From assembly GCA_020635725.1 (NCBI GenBank), contig JACJZF010000001.1, forward strand, positions 505,947 through 569,946: DNA of 64,000 nucleotides. Reading direction: 5' to 3'. This DNA is from Flavobacteriales bacterium. Lineage in GTDB: Bacteria > Bacteroidota > Bacteroidia > Flavobacteriales_F > PHOS-HE28. Positions within the stretch are counted from its first letter, which is position 1; the number at the start of each line of letters is the position of its first letter. This document shows positions 9,496-18,749 of this stretch, in pieces. The position numbers and the translations under genes are program-made. The notes under the pieces are model-generated. The model was not told where the DNA came from. It worked only from the letters and a program-made list of their open reading frames with translations, and ran no database searches.

Positions 9496-10620
9496 ATGGC
9501 AGGCCTCTACTTCCACATTCCGTTCTGCAAGCGCGCCTGCACGTACTGCGACTTCCACTTCAGCACGACCGGCGAGCAAGAGCCGTTACTCGCTGCGATG
9601 GAGCGGGAACTCATTGCGCGGGCTCGTGAGCTGGGTGATGCGCCCGTAAGCACCATCTACTTCGGCGGCGGCACGCCAAGCCTCCTCGAAACAGAGCGTA
9701 TCGCTTCAATCATGCAATTGACTCGTGACCTCTTTCGCGTCCAGCGTGATGCCGAAGTGACCCTGGAGGCGAATCCAGACGACATCGCGGCCGATCGGCT
9801 TGAAGCCTGGAAGGCTGCGGGTATCACGCGGCTGAGCCTGGGCACGCAGAGCTTCCGCGAGGATCGCTTGCGATGGATGGGGCGCGCGCACGATGCCGAT
9901 CAAGCCTTGCGCAGCATCGAACTCATCGCGAAGGCCGGCTTCGCCTCCTGGACCATCGACCTGATCTATGGCCTTCCGGGAATGAGCATCACGGAATGGG
10001 AGGAGCAGCTCTCCATCGCGCTGGACCATGGCATGCCGCACCTGAGCGCATACTGCCTCACGGTTGAGCCGCGTACCGCCCTGGCGCATCAAGTGAAGAA
10101 GCGCATCGTGGCCATGCCCGGTGATGAGGCGCAGAGCGCGCAGTTCGATCACCTGATGGTGCGCATGGAACGCGCGGGCCTAGAGCATTACGAGATCAGC
10201 AACTTCGGCAGGCCCGGTCATCACGCGCGCCACAACAGCAGTTATTGGGAGGGCGTGTCCTACCTCGGCATCGGCCCATCGGCGCATTCGTACGATGGCC
10301 TGAATCGGCGCTGGAACGTAGCGAACAACGCGCGCTACACGAAGGCGGTGACCGGCGGCGAGCCCTACTGGGAAGAGGAGCGGTTGACACCTGCGCAGCG
10401 CACCAACGAGCGCCTGCTCACCGGTTTGCGCACGAGCAAGGGCGTTGAGCTCGCCCAGCTGGAATTGGATCCGCTCCGTCTTCAACCCAAGGCCGTTGAG
10501 CGATGGACGGCCAGCGGGCATCTGCTCCAGGCCGATGGGCGGTTAGTTTTGACCAAGGCGGGCAGGCACTTCGCGGATCGCATCGCGAGCGACCTGTTCG
10601 TGGACGACGATGATCGCTGA
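9496..10620 (+). CDS. hemW: Radical SAM heme chaperone HemW (coproporphyrinogen III oxidase-like)
   Basis: YFHIPFCKRACTYCDF radical-SAM CxxxCxxC motif. YFGGGTPSLL. Confidence 0.85.
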   Translation: MAGLYFHIPFCKRACTYCDFHFSTTGEQEPLLAAMERELIARARELGDAPVSTIYFGGGTPSLLETERIASIMQLTRDLFRVQRDAEVTLEANPDDIAADRLEAWKAAGITRLSLGTQSFREDRLRWMGRAHDADQALRSIELIAKAGFASWTIDLIYGLPGMSITEWEEQLSIALDHGMPHLSAYCLTVEPRTALAHQVKKRIVAMPGDEAQSAQFDHLMVRMERAGLEHYEISNFGRPGHHARHNSSYWEGVSYLGIGPSAHSYDGLNRRWNVANNARYTKAVTGGEPYWEEERLTPAQRTNERLLTGLRTSKGVELAQLELDPLRLQPKAVERWTASGHLLQADGRLVLTKAGRHFADRIASDLFVDDDDR

Positions 10621-11374
10621 GATCACCCATCGCGGACGGCACTTCAAGGTGGACCTCTCGAGGCCCTTGGACCTCTCGTTGCCCCTGCGCGAGGGAGAAC
10701 AAGGTGCGCGCGCTTGGTACGTGGGCCCGGTGCGCATGGAACCCGTGCGCATGGGCGAGAAGGTCTTCGCCGTGAAAGAAGGCGCGCCGGTGAACTTCCG
10801 CGATCTGGCCTTCAACCCCCACGGGCACGGCACGCATACCGAGAGCGTCGGGCACATCACCCCGGAAGTGCATCCCGTTGGCGATATGCTGAAGCGCTAC
10901 TTCTTCACCGCTCAGCTGGTGAGCGTACGTCCGGAGACGCGCCGTGCCCCCGATCAGCTAGAGGACCGCGTGATCACCCTGGAGCAATTGCGCGGCCTGG
11001 TGAATGAGCGTCCGCCCGAGGCGCTCGTGATCCGCACGCTGCCGAATGACCAGGAAGCGGACCGCCATCAATGGAGCGGCACCAACCCCTGTTATCTGCA
11101 GAGCACGGCCTGCGCCTGGCTGCGGAGCATCGGGGTGAAGCACCTGCTGCTCGATCTGCCCAGCGTGGACCGCGAGGAGGACGGCGGGGTGCTGGCCGCG
11201 CACCACGCCTTCTGGGACTATCCGGCTTCCATCGACCTGGAGCGCACCATCACCGAGCTGATCCATGTGCCTTCGGCGATTGCCGATGGCGACTACCTGC
11301 TCGAATTGCAGCTGCCGCATCTGATCAACGATGCAGCGCCCAGCCGTCCGGTGCTCTACGCGCTGCTGCCATGA
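10610..11374 (+). CDS. Putative cyclase-family protein (arylformamidase-like)
   Basis: PHGHGTHTESVGHI matches the HxGTHxD cyclase motif. Confidence 0.55.
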   Translation: MIAEITHRGRHFKVDLSRPLDLSLPLREGEQGARAWYVGPVRMEPVRMGEKVFAVKEGAPVNFRDLAFNPHGHGTHTESVGHITPEVHPVGDMLKRYFFTAQLVSVRPETRRAPDQLEDRVITLEQLRGLVNERPPEALVIRTLPNDQEADRHQWSGTNPCYLQSTACAWLRSIGVKHLLLDLPSVDREEDGGVLAAHHAFWDYPASIDLERTITELIHVPSAIADGDYLLELQLPHLINDAAPSRPVLYALLP

Positions 11375-11727
11375 CCATCGACGCGCTGCAGGCCTATTGC
11401 GCAACGAAGCCCGGCGTGAGCTGGGACACGCCCTTCGGCCCAGAGGCGCTCGTGTTCCGTGTGGCCGGGAAGATCTTCGCCATTGCCCCGTTGGACCTCT
11501 TCGTCACCATCAACCTGAAGTGCGAGCCGGAGCGGGCGATTGAATTGCGCGAACGGTACGAGGGGATCATCCCTGGCTGGCACATGAACAAGCGCCATTG
11601 GAACACCGTGGATGTCACTGGCTCGGTGCCGCACAAGCTGCTGCTCGAGCTCATCGACCATAGCTACGCCCTGGTGCGGGCCAGTTTGCCGAAGAAGGTG
11701 CGCGACCAGCTGGGTATCGCTGGTTGA
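11371..11727 (+). CDS. MmcQ/YjbR-family DNA-binding protein
   Basis: MTIDALQAYCATKPGVSWDTPFGPEALVFRVAGKIFAI... The start overlaps the previous stop (ATGA). Confidence 0.65.
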   Translation: MTIDALQAYCATKPGVSWDTPFGPEALVFRVAGKIFAIAPLDLFVTINLKCEPERAIELRERYEGIIPGWHMNKRHWNTVDVTGSVPHKLLLELIDHSYALVRASLPKKVRDQLGIAG

Positions 11728-11800
11728 TCGTTGAGCCTCGGGCGCAACGGCCAACGCCCGAACCAAGACAAGCTCCAACTGCTCGGAATACCTTCGCCCC

Positions 11801-12379
11801 ATGTCGTTCGATTCGCGCAGCACAGGGCGGGTGATCCTGGGGTATTTCTTCCGGGGCCTGCTGCTGCTCGTTCCGGTCACCGTGATCGTGTGGGCCGCTT
11901 GGCGCGCGCTGGCCTTCCTCGACGGCATCATCCCAACGGATATCCCGGGGCTCGGGATCCTGATCCTGCTCGCGATCATCACGGTGGCCGGCTGGTTGGG
12001 CACCACCATCCTGTTCCAGCCGTTGGCCGAGATCGGCAACGAAGTGCTCCAGCGCGTACCGGTGGTGAAGACCATGTACGGCGCCCTGAAGGACATGATG
12101 GAAGCCCTCGTGGGCAGCAAGCGGAAATTCGACCGGCCCGTGCTGGTGCGGTTCGGCGGCGGGGTGGATGCGGAACGCGTCGGCTTCATCACCCAAGAGG
12201 ACCTGGAGCACCTGGGCATCGGCGCGGAGAAGGTGGCCGTGTACTTCCCGCACTCCTTCGCCTGGAGCGGGAACCTGCTGATCGTGCCCAGGACGAACGT
12301 GACGCCGCTGGACGCCAACGCGGCCGATATCATGAAATTCGCCGTGAGCGGTGGCGTATCGAAGGTGGAGGAAGAGTGA
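11801..12379 (+). CDS. DUF502-family membrane protein
   Basis: Two N-terminal transmembrane helices followed by a conserved C-terminal region (VPRTNVTPLD...). Confidence 0.65.
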   Translation: MSFDSRSTGRVILGYFFRGLLLLVPVTVIVWAAWRALAFLDGIIPTDIPGLGILILLAIITVAGWLGTTILFQPLAEIGNEVLQRVPVVKTMYGALKDMMEALVGSKRKFDRPVLVRFGGGVDAERVGFITQEDLEHLGIGAEKVAVYFPHSFAWSGNLLIVPRTNVTPLDANAADIMKFAVSGGVSKVEEE

Positions 12380-12412
12380 CCTGAAGGCACTCGGCACGTC
12401 CATTGTCATACC

Positions 12413-13285
12413 ATGCGCATGCGACAACCCCTACTCACGACACTCCTGTTCCTTTCGGCGCTCTCTTCCGTGGCGCAAACCACCATCGGCACGGGCGCCT
12501 ATGGCTTCAGCAACGGGGTGCACCCCACGCTCACCTGCATCCTCGAAGGCACCGATGCGCGCTTCGTGGAGAGCTGGTGGAAGGACGAGCTCAAGCGGAT
12601 CAGCATGGAGGTGAGCAACAAGAAGGAGCTCATCGGCGCCGCGGCCCTTGTGCCCAACGTATCGCCGGATACGGTGCGGATCATGGTGAAGGCCGAGCAG
12701 CGCAAAGGCAGCCCCATGCTGACCCTGCACGTGGCCATGCTCACCACCGCCGGGTGGGTGGGGCCGGACAGCGATCAGCGCGCGCTCGAAGGAGGCAAGG
12801 CCTTCGTGCGTGATCGCTGCACCCAGCTCCGTCGGCAACTGGCCCAGCAGGAGCTCACGGATGCGGAACGCGCGCTGGCCCGCCTGAACAACGAGCTGAA
12901 TGGGTTGCAACGGGAGAAGGAGCGCGCGGAATCGGGGATCACCCGCAGCAAGCAGCGCGGCCAGGAGGCGCTCGCGGACGAGGAGAAGCTGTCGCAGGAG
13001 GTGGCGGACAAGGAGAAGGCGCTGGAGAAGCTCCGGGCCGAGACCGGGCCCGCGCCCACCGAGGCCGATGCCAAGCTGATCGCCGACCAGGAGAAGCAGC
13101 TGGGCAAATCGCGGGATAAGCTGCGACGCGCCCAGGATGAGCAGCGCGACATGGTGAAACGGGCGCAGGAGCTGGCCTGGGACGTGAAGAAGAACGAAGA
13201 GGACCAAGGGCGCAAGCGCACCGAGATCGAGCGGCAGGAGCAAATGGTGAAGCAGCTCCGCGAGAAGCTCGAGGCCATTCACTAG
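12413..13285 (+). CDS. Secreted coiled-coil protein (hypothetical)
   Basis: Signal peptide. A long charged heptad-rich C-terminal half. Confidence 0.45.
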   Translation: MRMRQPLLTTLLFLSALSSVAQTTIGTGAYGFSNGVHPTLTCILEGTDARFVESWWKDELKRISMEVSNKKELIGAAALVPNVSPDTVRIMVKAEQRKGSPMLTLHVAMLTTAGWVGPDSDQRALEGGKAFVRDRCTQLRRQLAQQELTDAERALARLNNELNGLQREKERAESGITRSKQRGQEALADEEKLSQEVADKEKALEKLRAETGPAPTEADAKLIADQEKQLGKSRDKLRRAQDEQRDMVKRAQELAWDVKKNEEDQGRKRTEIERQEQMVKQLREKLEAIH

Positions 13286-13314
13286 GCCGCTACCTTGGCG
13301 CCTTGTAAGCGCAC

Positions 13315-14226
13315 ATGCGCAGCCGCACCCAGGCCCTTTGGCTCCTGCACCTCACGGTCTTCCTCTGGGGCTTCACGGGCATCTTCGGCAAGCTCATCCA
13401 GCAGGGCACCCTGCACCTGGTTTACACACGCACCATCATCGCGGCGCTGGGCCTCGCATTGGCCGCCTGGTGGATGGGCCGTTCGCTCTCCTGGCGCACG
13501 CCCAAGCTGGGCATCTACCTGCTCACCGGCCTGATCATCACCGGGCATTGGATCACCTTCTACGGCGCCATCAAGATCAGCACGGCCAGCATCGCGGCGG
13601 CCTGCCTCAGCACCAGCACGGTCTTCACCGCGTTGCTGGAACCCATCTGGTTCAAGCGGCGCGTGCTGGCCTATGAGGTGGTCCTCGGGCTCATCGTCAT
13701 CGCCGCGCTGCTGCTCATCTTCGGCTTGGAGACGGATTACCGCATGGGCATCGCGGTGGGCGTGCTCAGCGCCCTGCTCAGCGCGTGGTTCAACATCATC
13801 AACGCCGTGCTGGTGCGGCACGATGATCCCGTGCGCATCAGCTTCTACGAGATCGCCAGCGTGGCTGTGGCGCTGGGCATCGGGCTGCTGGTAGCGGGCG
13901 ACCTGCCCCCGCCGCTCTGGGACCTGCCCACCAGCGACATCGTCTATCACCTGCTCCTGGGACTGGCCTGCACCTCCTTCCCCTTCGTCACCGGTATCCT
14001 GGTCATGCGGAAGCTCTCGCCCTTCACCGTGATGCTCACCGTGAACCTCGAGCCGGTCTACACGATCCTCATCGCGCTGCTCATCTGGGGCGAAGAGGAG
14101 CGCATGCGCACGGGCTCCTACCTGGGCATCGCGCTGATCCTGATCTGCCTCTTCGTGAACGGCTGGTTCCAGCGCCGGCGCGATGCCGCTGAGCTGGCTG
14201 AGCCGGATCCCCTCGCGCACGGGTAG
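13315..14226 (+). CDS. EamA/DMT-family transporter
   Basis: About 10 predicted transmembrane helices with duplicated EamA-like halves. Confidence 0.7.
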   Translation: MRSRTQALWLLHLTVFLWGFTGIFGKLIQQGTLHLVYTRTIIAALGLALAAWWMGRSLSWRTPKLGIYLLTGLIITGHWITFYGAIKISTASIAAACLSTSTVFTALLEPIWFKRRVLAYEVVLGLIVIAALLLIFGLETDYRMGIAVGVLSALLSAWFNIINAVLVRHDDPVRISFYEIASVAVALGIGLLVAGDLPPPLWDLPTSDIVYHLLLGLACTSFPFVTGILVMRKLSPFTVMLTVNLEPVYTILIALLIWGEEERMRTGSYLGIALILICLFVNGWFQRRRDAAELAEPDPLAHG

Positions 14227-14285
14227 AGGGCCGAACCCGGCCGCCCTCCCGGTTGTTCCCGGGTATCTTCGTGCCCACTTGAGCC

Positions 14286-16238
14286 ATGCCTGAATCCGCA
14301 CTGATCGCTCCTTGGCAGTATTGCCCCAGCCTTACGCGCTACGAGCGCTGGCGCACGCGTGAGGTGCGCGTGGGCAGCGTGGGCATCGGCGGCACGAATC
14401 CGATCCGGGTGCAGAGCATGACCACCACGGATACCATGGACACAGCGGCCACCGTGGCGCAGAGCATCCGCATGATCGAGGCGGGCTGCGAGCTGGTGCG
14501 CATCACGGCACCGAGCAGGAAAGAGGCCGAGAACCTCCAGGTGATCAAAGAGCAGCTACGCGCCGCCGGCTTCGAGACCCCGCTCGTCGCCGACATCCAC
14601 TTCACGCCGAATGCCGCGGAGATCGCCGCGCGCATCGTGGAGAAGGTGCGCGTGAACCCTGGCAACTACGCGGATAAGAAGCGGTTCGATGTGCGCGAGT
14701 ACACCGACGCGGAATACGCCGATGAACTGGACCGCATCCGTGAGCGCTTCACCCCGCTGGTGCGCATCTGCAAGGAGCACGGCACCGCCATGCGCATCGG
14801 CACCAACCACGGCAGCCTCAGCGACCGCATCCTGAACCGCTACGGCGACACGCCCGAGGGCATGGTGGAGAGCGCCTTCGAGTTCCTGCGCATCTGCCGC
14901 GACGAGAACTACCACGAGATCGTGCTAAGCATGAAGGCCAGCAACGTGCAGGTGATGGTGCAGGCCTATCGCCTGCTCGTGCACCGCATGATGTCCGAAG
15001 GCTGGGACTACCCGCTGCACCTGGGCGTCACCGAAGCCGGCGATGGCGAGGACGGCCGTATCAAGAGTGCGGCGGGCATCGGGGCGCTGCTCGAAGACGG
15101 CCTGGGCGATACCGTGCGCGTGAGCTTGACCGAGGAGCCGGAAGCGGAGATCCCGGTTGCGCGGGGGTTGGTGGCCCGCTGCACAGCGCGTGCAGGGCAT
15201 GACGTGATTCCCGAAGTGGCGCGGGCACCGTGCAATCCGTTCTCGCATGAACGGCGGCTCGCGCGCGAGGTGCTGAACATCGGCGCGCGCCATGTGCCCG
15301 TGGTGATGGCCGACCTCAGCAATCGCAAGGCGATCACCCCTGCCGCGCTCTTCGCATGGGGCTATCGCTACAGCGTGCCGCTGGACAAGTGGAACATCAC
15401 CGATCAGGCCTGCGACTATGCCTTCATTGGCAAGAACACCATCGACTTCGAGATACCCGGCACCTTGGGGATCATCCAAGAGCACGCCACCTGGCTCGGC
15501 AACAATGGCAAAGAGCGGCACTACCCGTTCCTGAACAAGCGGGAATACCTCGGCGGCGCGCAACGGCACCCGCACTTCAACCTGGTGTACGCCACCTGGC
15601 CGGATCTGGATGATGCCTTCATCGCCGCGCTGAAGGCCGATTCCGCGGCCGTGCTGCTTATCGACACGTACAACGCGCACGGCATGGCCGAGCAGCGCCG
15701 GCTCTTCTTCGAACTGATCGCGCAGGAATGTCCGGTGCCGGTGATCATCGGCAGGGCCTATGGCGTTATCACCAACGATGCGCTGGTGCTCGACAGCAGC
15801 ACGGACATGGGTCCGCTGCTGATTGACGGCCTGGGCGATGGCATCTTCATCGCTGATGAACAAGGTGGCCGCGAGGACCTCGTGTGCCGCACGGCCTTCG
15901 GCATCCTGCAGGCCACGCGCACCCGCACCAGCAAGACCGAGTACATCAGCTGCCCCAGCTGCGGCCGCACGCTCTTCGACCTGCAGGAGACCACGGCCAA
16001 GATCCGCGCGCGCACGAGTCACCTGAAAGGAGTGAAGATCGGCATCATGGGATGCATTGTGAACGGCCCCGGCGAGATGGCCGACGCCGACTTCGGCTAC
16101 GTGGGCACCGGTCCGGGTGTGATCACACTGTACCGCGAGAAGGAAGTGGTGAAGCGCAATGTGCCCAGCGCGCAGGCCGTGGATGAGCTGATCGCACTGA
16201 TCAAGGAGCACGGGATGTGGGTGGAGGCGGAAGCCTGA
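14286..16238 (+). CDS. ispG: 4-hydroxy-3-methylbut-2-en-1-yl diphosphate synthase (long-form IspG/GcpE)
   Basis: RTREVRVGSVGIGGTNPIRVQSMTTTDTMD... and the C-terminal CPSCGRT Fe-S motif. Confidence 0.9.
   Translation: MPESALIAPWQYCPSLTRYERWRTREVRVGSVGIGGTNPIRVQSMTTTDTMDTAATVAQSIRMIEAGCELVRITAPSRKEAENLQVIKEQLRAAGFETPLVADIHFTPNAAEIAARIVEKVRVNPGNYADKKRFDVREYTDAEYADELDRIRERFTPLVRICKEHGTAMRIGTNHGSLSDRILNRYGDTPEGMVESAFEFLRICRDENYHEIVLSMKASNVQVMVQAYRLLVHRMMSEGWDYPLHLGVTEAGDGEDGRIKSAAGIGALLEDGLGDTVRVSLTEEPEAEIPVARGLVARCTARAGHDVIPEVARAPCNPFSHERRLAREVLNIGARHVPVVMADLSNRKAITPAALFAWGYRYSVPLDKWNITDQACDYAFIGKNTIDFEIPGTLGIIQEHATWLGNNGKERHYPFLNKREYLGGAQRHPHFNLVYATWPDLDDAFIAALKADSAAVLLIDTYNAHGMAEQRRLFFELIAQECPVPVIIGRAYGVITNDALVLDSSTDMGPLLIDGLGDGIFIADEQGGREDLVCRTAFGILQATRTRTSKTEYISCPSCGRTLFDLQETTAKIRARTSHLKGVKIGIMGCIVNGPGEMADADFGYVGTGPGVITLYREKEVVKRNVPSAQAVDELIALIKEHGMWVEAEA
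16202..16228. repeat. 27-bp direct repeat, left copy (last codons of ispG)
   Basis: caaggagcacgggatgtgggtggaggc is identical to 17500-17526. Confidence 0.85.
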
Positions 16239-16301
16239 GGCGCGCTGCGCAGAACAGCCGGCCATAACCGCTTGATGTTCAGACAACCAACATGGTTGGG
16301 T

Positions 16302-16336
16302 ACAATTTCGGAATCAGATTCCGAAATTGTACCTTT
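16302..16336. promoter_or_regulatory. Perfect 17-bp inverted repeat (GGTACAATTTCGGAATC A GATTCCGAAATTGTACC) 5 nt upstream of the ATPase start
   Basis: Exact palindrome read directly. It is AT-richer than the surroundings. The weak T-tract after it argues for an operator or recombination site rather than a terminator. Confidence 0.5.
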
Positions 16337-16340
16337 GGGC

Positions 16341-17498
16341 ATGGTACAGCGTGAAGCGGAGTCCGTGCTACTCCAGTTGGCAGCGGAGTTCAAGGCCGTG
16401 GCCGTGGTAGGACCGCGACAATCCGGCAAGACCACCTTGGTGCGTTCGGCCTTTCAGGACAAGCCGTACGTGAGCCTCGAAGATCCGGACGTACGCACCT
16501 TCGCGACCGAGGACACCCGAAGCTTTTTAGCACAGTACCCGACAGGAGCGGTGCTCGATGAAGCGCAACGGGTGCCAGCGCTCTTCTCCTATCTCCAGCG
16601 GATACTGGATGATAGTCGTGAGCGGGGGAAGTTCATCCTGACCGGCTCGAACCACTTTCTGATGCAGGACAACATCTCCCAAAGCCTGGCAGGCCGCATC
16701 GCGTACCTCGAACTGCTTCCATTCACCCTGAACGAACTACCGCCAGGCGCAGTTGATGACGCGGACGATTGGATGCTGAAGGGTGGATATCCTGCCATCC
16801 ATGAGGGAGGTATCGGTCGCACCAGTTGGTTCGCTAATTACATCCGCACCTATGTGGAGCGCGACGTCCGCCAGATCAAGAATATTTCGGACCTCCACGT
16901 ATTCGAGCGCTTCCTGCGGCTCTGCGCAGGCCGCACCGGTCAGCTGCTGAACATGAGCAACCTCGCACTTGAAACAGGCGTGGACAGCAAGACCATCGCG
17001 AGCTGGATCGGTATCCTGGAAAGCTGCTTCATCGTTCACCTGTTGCGTCCCTACCACGTCAACTTCAACAAGCGCGTGGTGAAGACCCCCAAGCTTCTGT
17101 TCCTCGATACAGGTCTGGCCTGTGCCCTGCTGGGTATCTCCGATCGGAAACAGCTCGCCCTGCATCCCATGCGCGGATCGCTCTTCGAGAACCTGGTCAC
17201 TTCGGAGCTGATCAAACGACTTGGACATCAAGGACGCCATGCCCAGAGCTGGTTCTGGCGCGATCAGAAAGGCCATGAGGTGGATCTGTTGATCGAAGAA
17301 GCAGGTCGTATCATCCCGATCGAGATCAAGTCCGGGCGCACCATCCAAGGGGAATTCTTCGGAGGCCTTGAATACTGGACCAAGCTCAGCGGCGGAACGG
17401 CTGGCGTAATGATCCATGGCGGCGATGCGAGCCAAGAGCGGTCGAATGGCATAAAGGTCCTTCCATGGAACAGGCTGTTCGAAGCGATTGACGCATGA
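16341..17498 (+). CDS. AAA+ ATPase (AAA_14 plus DUF4143 family)
   Basis: Walker A VVGPRQSGKTTL. Walker B/DEAQ LDEAQRV. The C-terminal region is DUF4143-like. The start is moved to the ATG at 16341. Confidence 0.8.
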   Translation: MVQREAESVLLQLAAEFKAVAVVGPRQSGKTTLVRSAFQDKPYVSLEDPDVRTFATEDTRSFLAQYPTGAVLDEAQRVPALFSYLQRILDDSRERGKFILTGSNHFLMQDNISQSLAGRIAYLELLPFTLNELPPGAVDDADDWMLKGGYPAIHEGGIGRTSWFANYIRTYVERDVRQIKNISDLHVFERFLRLCAGRTGQLLNMSNLALETGVDSKTIASWIGILESCFIVHLLRPYHVNFNKRVVKTPKLLFLDTGLACALLGISDRKQLALHPMRGSLFENLVTSELIKRLGHQGRHAQSWFWRDQKGHEVDLLIEEAGRIIPIEIKSGRTIQGEFFGGLEYWTKLSGGTAGVMIHGGDASQERSNGIKVLPWNRLFEAIDA

Positions 17499-17499
17499 G

Positions 17500-17526
17500 C
17501 AAGGAGCACGGGATGTGGGTGGAGGC
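17500..17526. repeat. 27-bp direct repeat, right copy (a vestigial ispG 3' end reading KEHGMWVEAGG*)
   Basis: Identical 27-mer starting 2 nt after the ATPase stop. It is in-frame with a stop after 3 further codons. Confidence 0.85.
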
Positions 17527-17545
17527 AGGGGGCTAACTTTCCGGC

Positions 17546-18160
17546 ATGATGCGCCCCTTGCTGCTGCTCGGCTTCACCCTCCTGTTCCTTCCCGCAGGGG
17601 CCCAGCGTACCCGGGCCCTGGAACTGCTGGCCTCTGCCATGGAGGGTTCATACACCAGTGCGGAGCAGGCCGCGACGGACACGAGCTACTTCGAGATCGA
17701 GCTGGAGATGGTGCGGATCTGGCCCAAGCGGCGCGATGGTGCCTGGTTCTACGTGGAGCAGGCCACGGCGGCCCGCAAGGACAAACCCTACCGCCAGCGC
17801 GTGTATCACCTCCAGCAGGTGGATGACAGCACCTTCACCAGCAGCATCCTCACCATCCGTGGCGGGGAGGCCTGGTACGGCGCCTATGGCGACCCGATGC
17901 GCTTGGCCACCCTGTCTCCCGATTCCCTTGATGCGCTGGAGGGCTGCACCATCACCCTGCGCCGTCAGCAGAGCATCTATACCGGCAGCACGCACGGCCG
18001 CGATTGCCCCAATAGCCGCGGCGGTGCGGCCTATGCCACGAGTGAAGTGAGCCTGCTCAGCGACCGGATGATCAGCTGGGACCGCGGCTTCGATGCCGAC
18101 GGCAAGCAGGTGTGGGGTGCGGAGAAGGGCGGTTACGTCTTCATCAAGCGCTCCCGCTGA
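17546..18160 (+). CDS. Secreted CpcT/CpeT-like (DUF1001) beta-barrel protein
   Basis: Signal peptide. SYFEIELEMVRIW...GAWFYVEQA...RQRVYHL resembles the non-cyanobacterial CpcT family. Confidence 0.45.
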   Translation: MMRPLLLLGFTLLFLPAGAQRTRALELLASAMEGSYTSAEQAATDTSYFEIELEMVRIWPKRRDGAWFYVEQATAARKDKPYRQRVYHLQQVDDSTFTSSILTIRGGEAWYGAYGDPMRLATLSPDSLDALEGCTITLRRQQSIYTGSTHGRDCPNSRGGAAYATSEVSLLSDRMISWDRGFDADGKQVWGAEKGGYVFIKRSR

Positions 18161-18165
18161 ACACG

Positions 18166-18195
18166 CCGAAGCCGTGCCTTACGGGGCACGGCTTC
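18166..18195 (+). terminator. Candidate hairpin terminator (10-bp stem aagccgtgcc/ggcacggctt, 6-nt loop)
   Basis: Lies directly after the stop of the 17546-18160 gene. The U-tract is weak. Confidence 0.35.
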
Positions 18196-18461
18196 AGCGT
18201 ATGGTGTATGGATGTGGTTCAGTCGTTGGCCGCCACCTGCGCGGTGACATTCTCCTGCTTGGGGCTGCTGCCATTGCTGGCGGCCACGCATACGAGCAGG
18301 ATGAGGAGTACGGCTGCTTGGAGGAGAGTGCGGTACTTCGGTTCCATGTTTTGGATCGGTTCGGTGGTTCTGAGCCTGTGAACGGGCGCTTTCCCCATCG
18401 GTTCTGCCTTTTCGACGGATCCGGAGTGGTGATCGATGGAGCTTGTCAAGCCCATGTCCGC

Positions 18462-18749
18462 CTATTTCCCCAAGTAGCCCTTGATCGCCGCCACATAGGC
18501 CTCGAACGCCCGCAGGCCTTGCGCGGATACGCGGCAGGCGGTGTTGGGGTAGTTGTCCTTGAAGCTCTTCGTCACTTCGATGTAGCCTGCCTCCTTCAAC
18601 TTGGTGATCTGCACGCTCAGGTTGCCACGCGTGGCGCCGGTGCGCTCCAGCAGGTAGTTGAAATCGGCGCTATCCACGGCCACCAGCAGGCTCATCACGG
18701 CCAGGCGGAGCTGGTTGTGCAGGATCGGGTCAAGCGGTGCGAAGCCCAT
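18462..18749 (-). CDS. Winged-helix transcriptional regulator
   Basis: 95 aa with an HTH_34-like pattern (LLERTGATRGNLSVQITKLKEAGYIEV). Confidence 0.55.
   Translation of the reverse strand: MGFAPLDPILHNQLRLAVMSLLVAVDSADFNYLLERTGATRGNLSVQITKLKEAGYIEVTKSFKDNYPNTACRVSAQGLRAFEAYVAAIKGYLGK

Noticed and set aside
14925-16286. 453-aa minus-strand ORF antisense to ispG
   Set aside because: Same high-GC artefact. ispG on the plus strand is unambiguous.
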